Shown: one piece after another, positions 38,578 to 51,993 of the stretch
Position numbering within the stretch: the stretch's first letter is position 1
Layout: each line of letters begins with the position of its first letter
Assembly: GCA_904063045.1 (NCBI GenBank)
Contig: CAJFCJ010000018.1
Span: 372,001 to 436,000, forward strand
Length of the DNA stretch: 64,000 nt
Origin: Dimorphilus gyrociliatus
Taxonomy: Eukaryota; Animalia; Annelida
Direction of reading: 5' to 3'
Program-made: the position numbers and the translations under genes
The notes under the pieces: model-generated
The model's database searches: none
Seen by the model: the letters and a program-made list of their open reading frames with translations, nothing else
What the model was told of the DNA's origin: nothing

Positions 38578-38591
38578 TGACGTCACTTCCT
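38578..38591 (-). promoter_or_regulatory. Overlapping ETS-CRE composite element upstream of chimaerin
   Basis: AGGAAGTGACGTCA on the minus strand (full CRE TGACGTCA overlapping GGAAGTG), about 230 nt upstream of the chimaerin ATG. Confidence 0.5.
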
Positions 38592-38883
38592 AAATTTCGC
38601 CACCTACAGGATGAGAGCTGTGTAATATACTCATTTTGAACATGTTTATTTACAGGCATCCGCAAATATGCAAGATTCAAGCAATTACAGCATTTATCTA
38701 AACATATAGATAAAAAAGTACTTAAACAGAACATTTCCACTTCTACATGCTCTTTCTATTTAAACAGTGAGCCAACCGGAAGCAAACACTTTTATAGAAA
38801 CACTGACACTCTCAAAAACTACAGTAGAGAAAACTAAGGAATGCTAAAAAAAAGTCGCATTAAGGTGATTTTCAGTATAGTTG

Positions 38884-41604
38884 CTAAGTTGAAGCGCTGA
38901 TTCCAGAATCTGTTCTGGCTTTGGCAGTCTCCTTAAATCCCAATTTCCTGGTTTCAATCTGTAAAATACATGTATCTTAGCTCTTTACCACAAGAATGTA
39001 CTACAAACTTTTTTATCTCCACCGCCTGGTGTGTATGTCATATTATCTTTACTTCCAATCTTTGACTGAGCTTTCTCTCGAAATTCTAACTTAACGTTTT
39101 TAACCTAAAATTGATGAAAATTAGCCTTAAAATTTCTGGAGATAAACCTGGCCTGTTACCTTCACATTACCACCCCCTGGACGATGCTGAGCATTATCCA
39201 ATGATCCTATTCTACTTGATACTTTCCATTCCAGTTTTTCATTTAAAATCTATCCAACGATAAGATTTAGATATTTGACAAATCATATCTTGTACATTAC
39301 CTTTTTTTCTCCACCCTGAGGCTAAACAGCCGGTTTTTATTATTCGACATGTTTTTTAAGTAAAATTACTAAAGAACTAACTAGAAAATAGCTAAACTAT
39401 CAATAAATATTTAATATCTTTCTCAGTTACAAATTTTATATGAATTGATTTAACAGATAAGTTGTAGCTGATGTGAAATCAAAGGTCGAAAAATAGAAAC
39501 CGGCCTTATGCTTCGCATTCTCAAGAGAACCGATTTTGCTCGAAACTTTCCATTCCAATTTTTGAGTTGCAATCTTTAGTTTTAAACAATATTACAACAA
39601 TATATTATTATTAAATAGTAAATAAAACCTTCTTATCGCCACCACTGGGTTTGTGTTTTGCATTATCTAAAGAACCTACTTTAGACTCTCTCTTCCAATC
39701 CAATTTTCTGTTTTCAATCTACGATATCAATTAACAGCATTAGTATTTATACTGTGTATTAGGCAAAACTATAATGTTTAACCCTTTTCCCTCCTCCTTG
39801 TGGTATATGGCTAGCATTTTCCAAAGAACCACATCGCGATTTAATATTTTCGAATTGACTTTTATTTCCCTGATTAAAAAACATAAAGAAAATACTTAGA
39901 ATAAAAGCATAACCAAGGCAAAATTCAAAATATTAACATAGTAAATACAATAGATTTTAAGGGTCACAATTTGTGGTCACAATTTTGCAATTTTTAAATA
40001 AGAAAAATCTTTAACCTACAATTTCAAAAAATCACAATCAAATTTATGTACGTAGATACTAAATAATGATTTTAATACTCAAATGAGTTGCAATGTTAGA
40101 AGGCTTTCTTCAAAGTATTTTTTATGGGCTATCTTTTTCTCAATAAAGAGCTGCTACCTAGTAACCAACCATTTAAGTATAAACAGAAGAAGTATAGTCG
40201 TTAGAAGATTCATAGAACAGATTTCCTGATTTTCTAAAGTTTAGCCTAAAACATGCAAAGACTTACCTTTTGACAGGAGATCCCAGAACTTTCAGAAGTA
40301 GCAGCTGAAAATTTTAAAGTTTCAACAAGTCGAAATTTACAAATTTGGTAAACTATTTGAACATACAGTGTCGTGGCGAAGACCCTCTGCAGGAAAACTT
40401 TGGAATATTTTTTTCCTTTCCCCTAAAACTCTGTGAGTAAACAGAAATTCAGTTAGCCATGTTTTTTACTAGGAAACTGTTGAAGCAAAAAGAGCACTAC
40501 TGAATACAAATTCGACGTTTTTATAGATTTAATTTCGCGACATTCATTTAACACATGTTAGTAAAAGTTCTAAATCTATGAATTGAAACATACATATCTA
40601 AAGTTATATTTTAAACTTACTTCCACAGAGAAAGAATATACACTTTTGTACATTGCTCATTAACAAATCAAAATTGCAATTGCGCTTAAGTTTATTGCTT
40701 GTTTCGAAAGTGAGCTAACACACAACTAGTATACAATATATAGTATTTACAATAATTTCTAACCTGTTGTTCGATTTGTTTATCTGACTTCGTCACGCCG
40801 TCTGGTGATTTTTTTATAGCAGCATTAGCTGAAGCAGTTACACTTCGTTTTGGACTGCTTAAAGAAGATTTTGAGATTGTAGGAATAACTTTCTGAATAT
40901 TTCTTTTAGGAGATGATGGATTGTTAGTTTTTGCCACTGTTGCAATATTTGCTTTGGAAGATAAAGTACTCTCCACTTTAGTGAAAGAATTTTTTGCGGA
41001 CAATTCTACTTTGACAGCATTTGATTTTACTTCTTTAGCTTTGATTTGTTTTCTTTCTTCCAGAGTTTTTGGCAATTTTCGCTCAGAAAGGGGAGCCACT
41101 TTCAATTTATCTTCATCACATAAACCCATTTTTGCGTGTGTGTAATTTTGGGAGAGTGGAAAATTTTTCTTTTCTGCACTATTTATATTATTTGCATCAT
41201 TGTTGGTAGTTGAATTTTCTGAAGTACTCTGATCGTGAAATATCTTAGCAGACCTGCAAATCAACTCATCAGCATTTAGAGGATTATTCAAAATTCCTGA
41301 ATCGCAATTCTGAGGTGTAGATGGAGGTGTTTTTGTTGGGGTGAAAGATATAGAATTTGAAACAGGATTATGAATCTTGATTGGTTCAGATACTTGAGTA
41401 TCCAAATCGATGAGAATATTCGTGTTGATTTCACTCTGAACTATCGGAATTGACTCAGATTTTCCTTGGATATCAACAAGGCTATCGACAGGGTCTGCCC
41501 ATGTGCCCTTAGATGCTATTAATGAATCCATAAATGATTTGTGAACATAAATAGATTAATAAATATATATACATACCATCAACTTTTCTCTTCTCTTCAT
41601 CCAT
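38884..41604 (-). CDS. MAPT: Tau/MAP2/MAP4-family microtubule-associated protein (PTL-1/tau-like) with up to five tubulin-binding repeats
   Basis: Exons 41604-41577, 41515-40764 (projection/basic region), 40430-40367 and 40304-40267. Repeat exons: 39869-39783 ([19 protein letters not shown]), 39718-39629 ([19 protein letters not shown]), 39573-39505/39501 plus 39321-39301, 39249-39160 ([19 protein letters not shown]) and 39104-39009 ([19 protein letters not shown]). Last exon 38958-38884 [19 protein letters not shown] resembles the tau post-repeat segment. The symbol denotes the family. Confidence 0.9.
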
Positions 41605-42148
41605 TTCACCTGGAATGGATATTTTAGAAGCGCTTTACTAACCACAGAAGCTCATCAATAAAAATAACCATCTGCTTTGGGAAAGCGACCCACATTATTT
41701 AGAATGAGAATTAAAAATAGCTTTCACGATTCAACAAATTTAATTGTTTTCCAATTGAAATCAACAATGGAAATAAAAGTTTAGGCCCCACTCATTCACA
41801 AAGCACAAGTTTGACATTCCGAAAAGTCATATGAAAATACTATTATTGATGAAAAAGGAGTAATAGGCCTATTATTGTTAAGTTTAAGAAATACATCTAT
41901 TATCAAACAAATATAGCTACCCTAATCATTTTATGACACATCAAGTTAGAACATGTAGCCTTACCTAAGGCAAATGCTGAGATGATAACAAAAAATCTCT
42001 TACCAAACGAGTGTTCTTAAAATTAGATGTTTCTGTGTAGCTTAGTGTAGAATATATTATGCAAATAAGCTACCCTTAGCATACAGCTATTGACTATTCC
42101 TTCTAAGCCTACTAGCTCCCTCTCACATTTGAAACGCCCTCTATAAAT

Positions 42149-43501
42149 TTATTTTAACTCTAATGTATTACGAACTTCTTCTATAAATCTTTTGCAATAA
42201 AACCGTTTATAATCATAAGGCAAATCGTTCATATCTTTGAGAGCTCTGGAGAGCTTTTCAAATGCTCTATTTGCAGGAATTAGGTCCTTATTGCCATACG
42301 GATCTTTCGGTTCGTAAAATTCTTCAGGCAAATGTCTCCAAAAAACGTTAACTGCTATACCAAACTCTAGAGAGGTAACGTTGTGAAACCACAGAGCTGA
42401 AATTTTCTTCACTACATTTAAGACAAACAAAAAAGGTTATAGGTACAAACCTGGTATAAACAGCACATCTCCCGCATCTAATTCACATTCGTAGCGGCAA
42501 GCTTTATAGAAAAGGGGATATTTCTCCTTATCTGGATTATTAATATCCAAAACTTTAGATTTATCCTCTGTAAGGGAAATAGTCTTCAGCATAAAGGGAA
42601 ATTGATAAAATTTTACCCACTATGAAGATATAAATATTCAGCGTCATCAGGATGATATAAAACTACTGATTTTTTGCCACGAATTTGTATAAGGATATTA
42701 TCCATAATCTAAGGAGGATTTTAATGATAATTACATTATACAAGTAAGTTTTAAGAATTATTTCCTACATCATAATGAGTCCACAATTGAGTACCGGGAG
42801 ATGCCACACGGAAAACACTAGAAAAGTATGAATCTACATCATACAAAGCCGGAAATTTAATATCGCACCCCAACTCAGGGAAATCTCTAGTAAAATCGGC
42901 TGGAATTTTTCTCGGGTCTGTTCCTAATGTCCTCAAATAGTACTTTTCGGACTAGGAGCAAAATTATAAAGAATGGTATTATTGTTAAGAATCTCTTACT
43001 TCTGAGAGAAAATAGCTTTTTAAAGGAAGCGGTTGAGAACATCTCCTGATCAATTCATCAAACTGCAAAGTTCTAGATTTGATATTTTACATAAATTCAA
43101 CTAATATGTCAACAAATAATAAAGGATTGATCAGCATACAAACTTGTATTGAAAGTTTTTTTGGATGAAATCCATCTGAGGAGAAGCGCAAACGTGAAGT
43201 TTAACTTCTTTGTTAATAACAGTATTTATTAAATATTCTGGACTCCATTTAGTAGTACACTCTCCAATATCCAAGCCTTGAAGTACAATAGGCTTCCTCT
43301 GAAATGTAATTTCAGTCATCATTACATATAGCATATCGGTAGATCAATTTCAAGCTCCAAACCAAGATAAATTACTTCTTATTATCGCTCAATATAATTT
43401 TTAAATATTCATACCTCCGTAAGTATATTCATTTTGGCTTCATCTACATTACCGATTTTCATTATTGGTACATTCTTTGTAATGAACTTTAGTTCAGACA
43501 T
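42149..43501 (-). CDS. TYW5: tRNA wybutosine-synthesizing protein 5 (JmjC hydroxylase)
   Basis: [19 protein letters not shown]...EVKLHV...[26 protein letters not shown] and [20 protein letters not shown] (HxD), then ALWFHNV (distal His) and KDPYGNKDL. Confidence 0.93.
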
Positions 43502-43896
43502 CTTGCAGACCAACGAAATTGTTAAAAGCAACGGACCCTCAAATTTAATGCGTTCTTAATTTCGATATGAATATTCACAAATGAGTATTTCCCGTGATAC
43601 ATAAAATGGTAATTTTATTGTCTCCCATTAAATTTGGAAAATTTTACTTAAATAAAATTTGCTTTCATCACTTGTTTAAATTTAGTCTTGAATGTATTTG
43701 GATTTTTGAAAATTTAGAACAATTAAAATTAACTCAGATATAAAATACTATCTAATACTATATTTAAAATAGTTATGTCTATACTTTAATTATTTGATCG
43801 AATATCACTAAGTCAATAAAATAAAGCAAAAAATGTATCCATTGAAGCATTTGAGATTTATCTGCGTAAAACTAAGTATATTTCAAATCATAGACT

Positions 43897-46800
43897 TTAT
43901 GCCTGTTTTTCTTCTTGGCCTAACTCTATTTTCATTTCATTAGGCTGTTGAATTGTCTCGTACAAAGGATTTCCAAATGCCAGATTGTTATCCAAATTAA
44001 TCTCTTCTGTTTTAACATTGTAAGAAGTAGAAGGGACTGAATCACTGTTAACATTTGGTTCATCAATCTGTTGACCATATGGAATTGATTTCCTCGCAAG
44101 TTTTCTCCTGTGTAAAATTTGGTGTTATTTTTTTGACAGGAGTTTCTTAATATTTACCTTAAAACCATAATTCCAAGAAACAACGAAATAACTGCTACCA
44201 AAACACAGGCAGTAATAACTCCAATAATTATACCAAAGTTATGATTAGCTAAAGCAGAGAAAAGGAAGGTTGAGTGATTTATAACTTTTGAAAATTATTC
44301 TAAAGTAAGTTTATGGTTTACCAGATTTTTCGGCTCCGTGTTTTCGATTAAAAGCTGAAACTACATATACAATATATCTAATTGAACAATTTCTGTATTT
44401 GCGCTTACTTTTACAAATTGGATTTTGTCCTGTCCATGAACCCAATGAACATGTTCGACTTAAGTTTCCCAGCTGTAGTTCAAGTCCATCCTTACACCTT
44501 AGCTGGCAAACACTGCCATCCGTATAATTCTCGCAAGACACTTTTGTTATTGACTTGTCTTCCTTAACATTTGGGCAAACTAAAGAACAGTATGATTTAA
44601 AAAATTATCAGCACACTTGGCGACATACAAACGTTTTATACAAGACTTTTTTAAATCCAAACTCCATGTTGAAGTACTTAAACAATCTACCTGTATCTCA
44701 AATATAAGTAACAAATGAAAGTCATTAAATTAATTACCTTTGCCTCCCGAATAATAGAATAATGAGTCTTAACGCATTTAAAAGAGCATTTTGAAAGAGC
44801 AAGAAATGTACAATCTTTGTTTAAAGTTCCGTCAAATTTTACTTTCGGACATTTGTCTTCAAAATTTACAATCACTAGTAGTTAATTTAAAGGACTTAGA
44901 GCGAATAAAACTTACTTTCGCATGTCCTTCCATCTGAACGTAGTTGACTTCCATCTCGACACCCACACCTATAACTATTTCCGTGTGAAAAACAAAAATC
45001 AGAACAATAATGATTTTTACACGGATGTATTTTCCCTCTAGCTGTTGATAAGAAATCAATGAGAAAGGTACCGAAATTTCTTGGTAAGAATACCTTCAAT
45101 TTCTGTAGAATTGTAGAACTTAATCTCGTTAAGTCCATAAAAAATATTTTCGAAAAAGATTTCCTCTTTTTTATTTGGGCTTTTAATGTTTATTCTCCTC
45201 AAACCTTGAGCTTTCCAATCTGTCCAATAAAGATAATCTCCCTGTAGGAGATATTTTAGACCCTGAAATTTTATCATTTTTTTTTAAACCTGTATTTCTA
45301 CATCAAAAGGATCATGAGAGGCTTTGGTATGAAAAACTTTCGTAGTGTTTCCTTCGAAGTCTAGTTTTGTTTTATAAAATATTTCTGTATGTGCGTCACA
45401 CCAAAATAGCTCATCACCTAAAACATGAAAACATTGACTTATCAATTACTAAATAAATTTTTAATTTACTTTGTCTATTTAATGCCACGCCCATAGGCCA
45501 TGTTGTGCCTAACTTGTTGGATAATTTGGTTATTTCAGACCCATCCATAAATGCTCGATTAATCGCTGTTTCGTTTGGCTTTGTTCCTCTTTCAGTTAAG
45601 TATATATAACTGTTTGTTTATCATTAAATCAAAAAAAAAATTGAAATCAGTTGAAATCCTACCCTTTCTCTGGATACAAAGCAATGGATCGTGCTCTACC
45701 ACTCATTTCTAGCAAATTTTTTTTGTGTTCCAATGTATCTAAATGCAAAACTCCAACAAAACTTTTTCTAGAACCATTTTTATATATGCCTTGATCAGTA
45801 TAATAAAGTAGTCGAGCATGTGGGTCTATTGCCAACGAGTCTATTCTAAAAGTCTCTGATTCTAACAAAGGTTAAATAAATGTTTACCGAGAACGCATTT
45901 TTATATTGTGGGACAGCAATTGTAATTTACCATTATGAGTAAGGCTAAAAACCGTTTCAACATTTTCACCTTTCAGATCACTTCTATAAATAAGCTCTTT
46001 CTTACCATCTCCAAACTCACTCCAATAGATTTTTTTATGAATCATATCAAAGTCAACGCCGATTGGTCTACTATCTTTTGGCATTAAAAAAGTTGAAAAT
46101 TTTTTCATCTCATAGTCGACCTGTGGGAAGCATTTATTAAATATATTAAATGAAATGGTAATTAGTACTCTTTAAAAATTTGGCTTACTTTATATATCTG
46201 ATGTTTGTAATCATCAGCAATCAAGAAGAAGTTTGTCTCCGAAATAACTTCTGTTTAAATCCTAATTTATATATGTTTTCTTCAATTGCTTAACTAACCT
46301 GGCTCACAAGATCTGCCATTGTTTTTTAACTTCATTCCATCAACGCAAGAACATTTAGGGCTCTCATTAAAATAGAAACAAAACTGCTCACATTTCTTAT
46401 AATTGCATTTCGCTTGTTCATCTATGGAACCATAGTATCATGTTCTAAGATATTATAAACCAACCGACTTACCTCTAAATTCATTTGTGGAATACTGCCT
46501 ATGAAAAGCAATAAGACCCGTCAAATTCATATACTGAGAATGTGCTACAGTTTTAGGTTTAAAAGCTAAAGTATTGTACTCTGGCAACGCCCCCATTGTC
46601 AGCGCAGCTTTTGATTTCTGATTAACAGCTACATAATCCTGCAGATCATTTAGTAAAAGAACAAGTTTCTTGAGTAGTAAAAGTATTTATTACTCTGTAT
46701 ACGGCAATATTTTTAGGATCATCTATTGAAAAGGAAAAATTTGCCAAATTAAAATTGTCGATTGTAACGGAAAAAATGTTTTTGTTATTTGTCCAATATA

Positions 46801-49800
46801 ATCTGAAAAGATAATTCGACTTTAAATAATTGTATATAGTAGTAGGTAGTTGTAATACCTGTCACTATCAAAGGCTAAACCGGCTATATATTCTGTGTCA
46901 CTTTGTCTAAATAGTTCTTTCAAGCTTCCATCTAAATTCGCTCGAAATATTTTGCCATTACCTAAAATACCCCCTTCGGTCCAATATAATTTACTAAAGA
47001 TGATATTGAAGAACATATTATAAATCTCAAATTATCTTTAGTATCATTTACCCGTGTCTATCATCAACCACAATAAATCTCGGAAAATCTAGATTTTTCA
47101 ATATTTGTTTTAATATATTTTTCACTAGGTTCGCCACCCAAATGGTATTACTTTCAGTATTGGTAAAATATAAATTGTTCAGAGAGTCAACTACCAGATC
47201 TAATGACAAAATCATTTAAGAGACGCTATAAATCATTGTTAACAACCTTCAACATGACGTGTCCCAAAGAATAAAACTGTATTATTGCTCAGATTATTTA
47301 ATTTTGCTCTGTAAATTCGTGGAGTTGAGTGATTGTTTGCACTGAAGTAAATATCCCCTGATTCGTACGTATACGCTTTAAAAACATTTATATTAACAGT
47401 ATTAAGTGTATACTAATGACAGACATTTAGCTTACCAAATCCACTAAATCGAAAGCTCTGTTGTACAAAGAAGCAAAAATCATTAGGTGAGGGAACGCTG
47501 GCTGTTATAGCTCTAGTAGGAATTCTGCATACGCTAGAATGTGTATTATTATTTACCGCATAAATAAACGAGTTTTCAATCAGTGAATTTTCTTTAACTA
47601 AGTGAAAGAATCATATTTTAGAAATTACTAATTGGCAAAGCTTTTTAAATCATCACTGTGGCAAGCTGAATTTTCCAGGTGATATGTGTTGGCACATATG
47701 CATTCTGCCAGTTTTTTTGGGTGGGAAACACAAAAGTGAGAACAATTTAGTTGACGACATTTATCTAACAAATATATATAAATATGTACTATAAGTCAGT
47801 GATGAAATAATTTTATCTTACCAATGATAATTTGATTAGGTTTTTGAAATTCTTTATCATACAGTATCATAGACGTAATTTCATTGATTTTAAGGGCTCC
47901 CTTTATCGTAAAGTTGCTACGATTATAAAATAGTATTTTCCCTTCACCTTTAAAGTCTTTTTGAGCAGCAATAATATACATCTAAGTGAATAAATAAACA
48001 AATGAAAACAAGCTTTCTAATAGTAAGATACTACATCACTGTATGCCAAAGATATAATTGGTTGATCTGAAACAGTTGTATGACTTTGTTGATTTTTTCC
48101 ATTCATATCAATAGAATAAATTTTATTTTCAACAGCATAGTAGAGCCTATTTCAAAAATATAAGTCTTAAGATGTAAATTATAGCTCAAATACTACCTAT
48201 TTTTCTGGTAATCAAGGGTCAGAGCAGCAATATTTTTCTGAAAACTGGCAATAATCATCCTATTTGTTCCACCTAAATTTCCTCGCTCAATACTTTTGCT
48301 GACACCCCAGTCGGTCCAAAACACATACCTAAAAAAAATATTATTTCTTCTAATAAATCAATTTTAACACTCACCCTTGTTCTGGATGAACTACAATTGC
48401 ATGTGGCTCATCTAGATGATCAAACAATGTAAGTAACAATTCTGTATTTTTCACATTCTGCACTTGAATCCAGTTCATTCGTTTGTCTGTCCAAAGTAAA
48501 TTATCATTAATCCAATCGTACGCCAATCCATAAACTTCACGTGATATTCCAAAATGCAAAACATTTATAGAATTGGTCGGCAAGTGTAAAGAAGTAACAT
48601 ATCTGAAATTGATGTAATTTACGTGTAATGTATTACTATTAAATTCATTCAGTTCAATAAATTTGAATTTATATAGGGAAATAACAATTTTACTTGTAAT
48701 CTCTATCAATTAAGTACATTGTACTTCTACCATAATCATATGTTATTGCTTGAAAGTCCCACTCTATGAAACGAGTACCTGAATCTAAAATATAGTATTA
48801 AAAAACTTGTCTATTACAATTTTAAACAATATACCTTTTTTATCAAAATATCTGGAGGTGTATATCGTTGAAGTACTTTTACCATCAAATGTTACTGTAA
48901 TCAACTTAGGACCTTCATAGTGTTTCTCTATAGCAATTATATATAAAACATTTGAGTATTTCTGTATTGAAATTTACCCTTTGTGCAGTTTACTTTGTTT
49001 ACAACTCTCTTTTCACCACTACACAAACATTTAATAGAATCAATTTTAGTTATGCATATTTCGGAACAGTTTCCATTATTTATGCTACAAAGACTTTGCA
49101 CATCTGGTTGGAAAATCTTTTTTAATTGTCATAGTTATTATTTATACCTCGTACCTTTATCGTGATAGGAGTCAATATAAATTTGTATATCGCTGGGAGT
49201 TAGCAATTTTTTCTGAACCATAAAAGGCGACGAAAAATTTCTGTTTAATTGGCCTCTCATGATAGTACTGCAAAAGATACTGAATTAATTTAATATGAAG
49301 AGCGTACTAAATCTTACTCTCTCTCTTTGTCAGCAAAATAGAAATATGTATCATCTACAGCAATTCCAGATATATCACTACCATCTGATAGTAGATTAAT
49401 TGCAAAATATAGACTATATATAGCTATTCAGGATATACCTGCTATTGTATGGAACACTTTCGGAGGTTGGTTTAAATGATCCAGACTGGCAGTAAAAATT
49501 TTGTCTTGTTTTGCACTTGTGAAATAAATAATGCGATCTGTAAATTTATATATATATACTAATATGTAAACAATATATCATTGCAGTTTAATACATACTT
49601 CTGGTATCCAAAAATAACGATGTCCAGATATCTCCTGTCTCCCCATGAACTACATCCAGAATATTAGCTCCATCATAATCTGAGCTTCGTATGATCGGCT
49701 TGTGTATTCCAATCCAATATATCTTTCTAATAACAGCGCAATTTTAGAAAAAGATATACAGTAAAATATAGCGACTTACCTGTTAACAGGATCACATCTA

Positions 49801-50269
49801 ATAGACTTAGGACCTGAGCTATCATCAGATACAATAACTTTTTCTTTTTTTGTGCTAATATCGATAACTGATATAGACTTTTGAAGTAATATTGTATAGA
49901 ACAATAATCCAGCTGAAGAATCAACAGTAAGTCCAGAGATTTTGGATTCTGTAAGATGAACTTTTTATTAATGCGATCTGTCAAAATATTGGAAAAAACT
50001 TTGTAGGAGTTATTCACCTAATTGAATATCCTTAAACAATGTTTCTGAATTACTTTCATAAAATGGAGCTGAATATATGGCGTTACTGGCAGAATCAGCT
50101 ACAAAAATTGTTTTTGATATACTAGATATATCGACTGCTACTGGAGAGGATAAATTCTTCTTCAAAGTATATTTTCTACCATCTAGGCTAAATTGCCAAA
50201 CGCTTTCTAACCCAATATCCGCAACAACTAAAAATTTCTCGATTTCATTTTTCACTCCGTATGAATTAA
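43897..50269 (-). CDS. LDL-receptor-family protein: about four YWTD beta-propeller/EGF units, two sushi (CCP) modules, TM and FxNPxY tail; signal exon not resolved
   Basis: YWTD-like blades (LLWTD, VFWTD, LYWTE, IYWSE, LYYTD, LYWTD). EGF modules near 49050, 47700, 46380 and 44960 (e.g. CKNHYCSDFCFSHGNSYRCGCRDGSQLRSDGRTCE). CCP modules (CPKVKFDG..C...CSFKC; C...CQLRCKDG....RTCSLGSWTGQNPIC). TM IIIGVITACVLVAVISLFLGIMVL and tail ...LAFGNPLYETI...KQA* with TAA ending at 43897. Confidence 0.82.
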
Positions 50270-51993
50270 CTATTTAAAAGACTAAAATGAATAAATAGAA
50301 TGCATAAAAAGTAATTAAAAAGCTGTTGGTTTGTATGATATTCAGATTTAAATATTATATACAATTGTGGTAATTTTATATGACTAGGATTTTAGGGTTG
50401 ATCGATATTTGCATATCTCTTAAAAGAAACAGAAAATTTTAGAGGAACCATATTTATTGTTAGGAGAAACAAATTATGTCATTTTCTCCAAGATGAAGTT
50501 TTTCCTCTAACAAGATAGAACGCCTTATGATGACAGAAATATTGTAACAGGTAAGTATGATCAGTTTGCTCCCTCAAAAAAAAGAGTTTATGATGTATGT
50601 GTTTTAAAATACTGTTTTTCATGAGCCATAATTTAAAAAAGAATAATCAATGAAAGAAATCCAAGTAACAAGGATTCATATCCACGCTGTTGAAAGATCT
50701 TAACAGTATTAAAAAAAAAGTTTAGATAAAAACATAAATTAGAGAGCTAAAGTAGCTGTTACTTATAAAAGAGACTCTAGAATTAATATACTCAAAAAAA
50801 TATCAAGAATAGCTCACAAACTGAATGTTAAACGTGTCCATAAACTTTCTGTTCCATTTTACAAAATTTTTTGATTTTAGCGAAAATCCTTTGCTATGAA
50901 ATAACCCGTCAGTTTGCGAATTTTCTTTCACTACTATAGTTCACTATGCTTAGCTCTATGTTAGCTCTATGGTATGTAGTTTTGTGCTGTCAAGTTTGCA
51001 GGAAATATTTTTTATAAGAGCTAATTCCTCTTTAATGAAAATCTCATTAAAAATATCTATCTCTAAACCATCGTCACATATGCACTTAAGTTATAAAATG
51101 TCAATTTTTCCCAGAACTGGGTAGAGTTAGTAGAATTATTTTAGACCCATTTCCATGATCAATATGAGTTTTGGCAAAATGTAATACCATGGAAAATTAT
51201 TATATCCCTTTCTAATACATCATTTTTCTATTAAAAATAATATATACATGACCTACTTAGACAGTTGTTGAGCTACAACATTACTGTAAAAAATATAATG
51301 AAGAGATTTGCTATCATCTTTTAACAAGTTACGTACCGAAGCATATAAAAAACAAGAAAATCTTGTAGCTAATATTCTGCAAAATATCCATAATATCTCA
51401 AAACAAGTATATTCAGTGAGTTTAGCAAACCAATTTACTAACTCAGATTTACAATTGGTTGTTCAACGTGTTTGAATAGACCCATATTGTTAAATTCAGT
51501 TGGTGAATTCGTGTATACTACACAGAAGAATTATAGTGATATTTAATATTATATTAACACAAAGTCCATGGATATTTTATTTTCTCAAACTGGATATTAC
51601 CAAGCAGTAAAGAAATATAAGTCATTCTAGATGATAATTTTTAAAATTATGATCTATTTTATACTTTTTGTGACGGCTTCTAAAAAACCTTTTGCATACA
51701 TGGCAATGATTATTCACAGTTCTTAGAGATTGATATATTACAAAGAATAAAAACTTTGTATAAGACCCTTTTATATTCCTTAAGGTTTACCTATATGTTT
51801 TGAAGGATTAATAACTAAACAACCAGATGGCTCTGAAGCACTGCCCTAACAAGACATAATCAATAAATTTATCCTACACATTTTTAACCACTCGTCTTAA
51901 AATTCAACAATGAGCGAAGCTTAACCGACAAATCATCATGTAGATGAATGTTAAACCTACAAGAATTTGTCACCGAGGATAAAGAAAAGAATT

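Noticed and set aside
40616-40645. Isolated GTAAGT donor in tau intron 2 as a microexon
   Set aside because: No convincing acceptor, and the candidate peptide (CIFFLCG) does not fit the protein.
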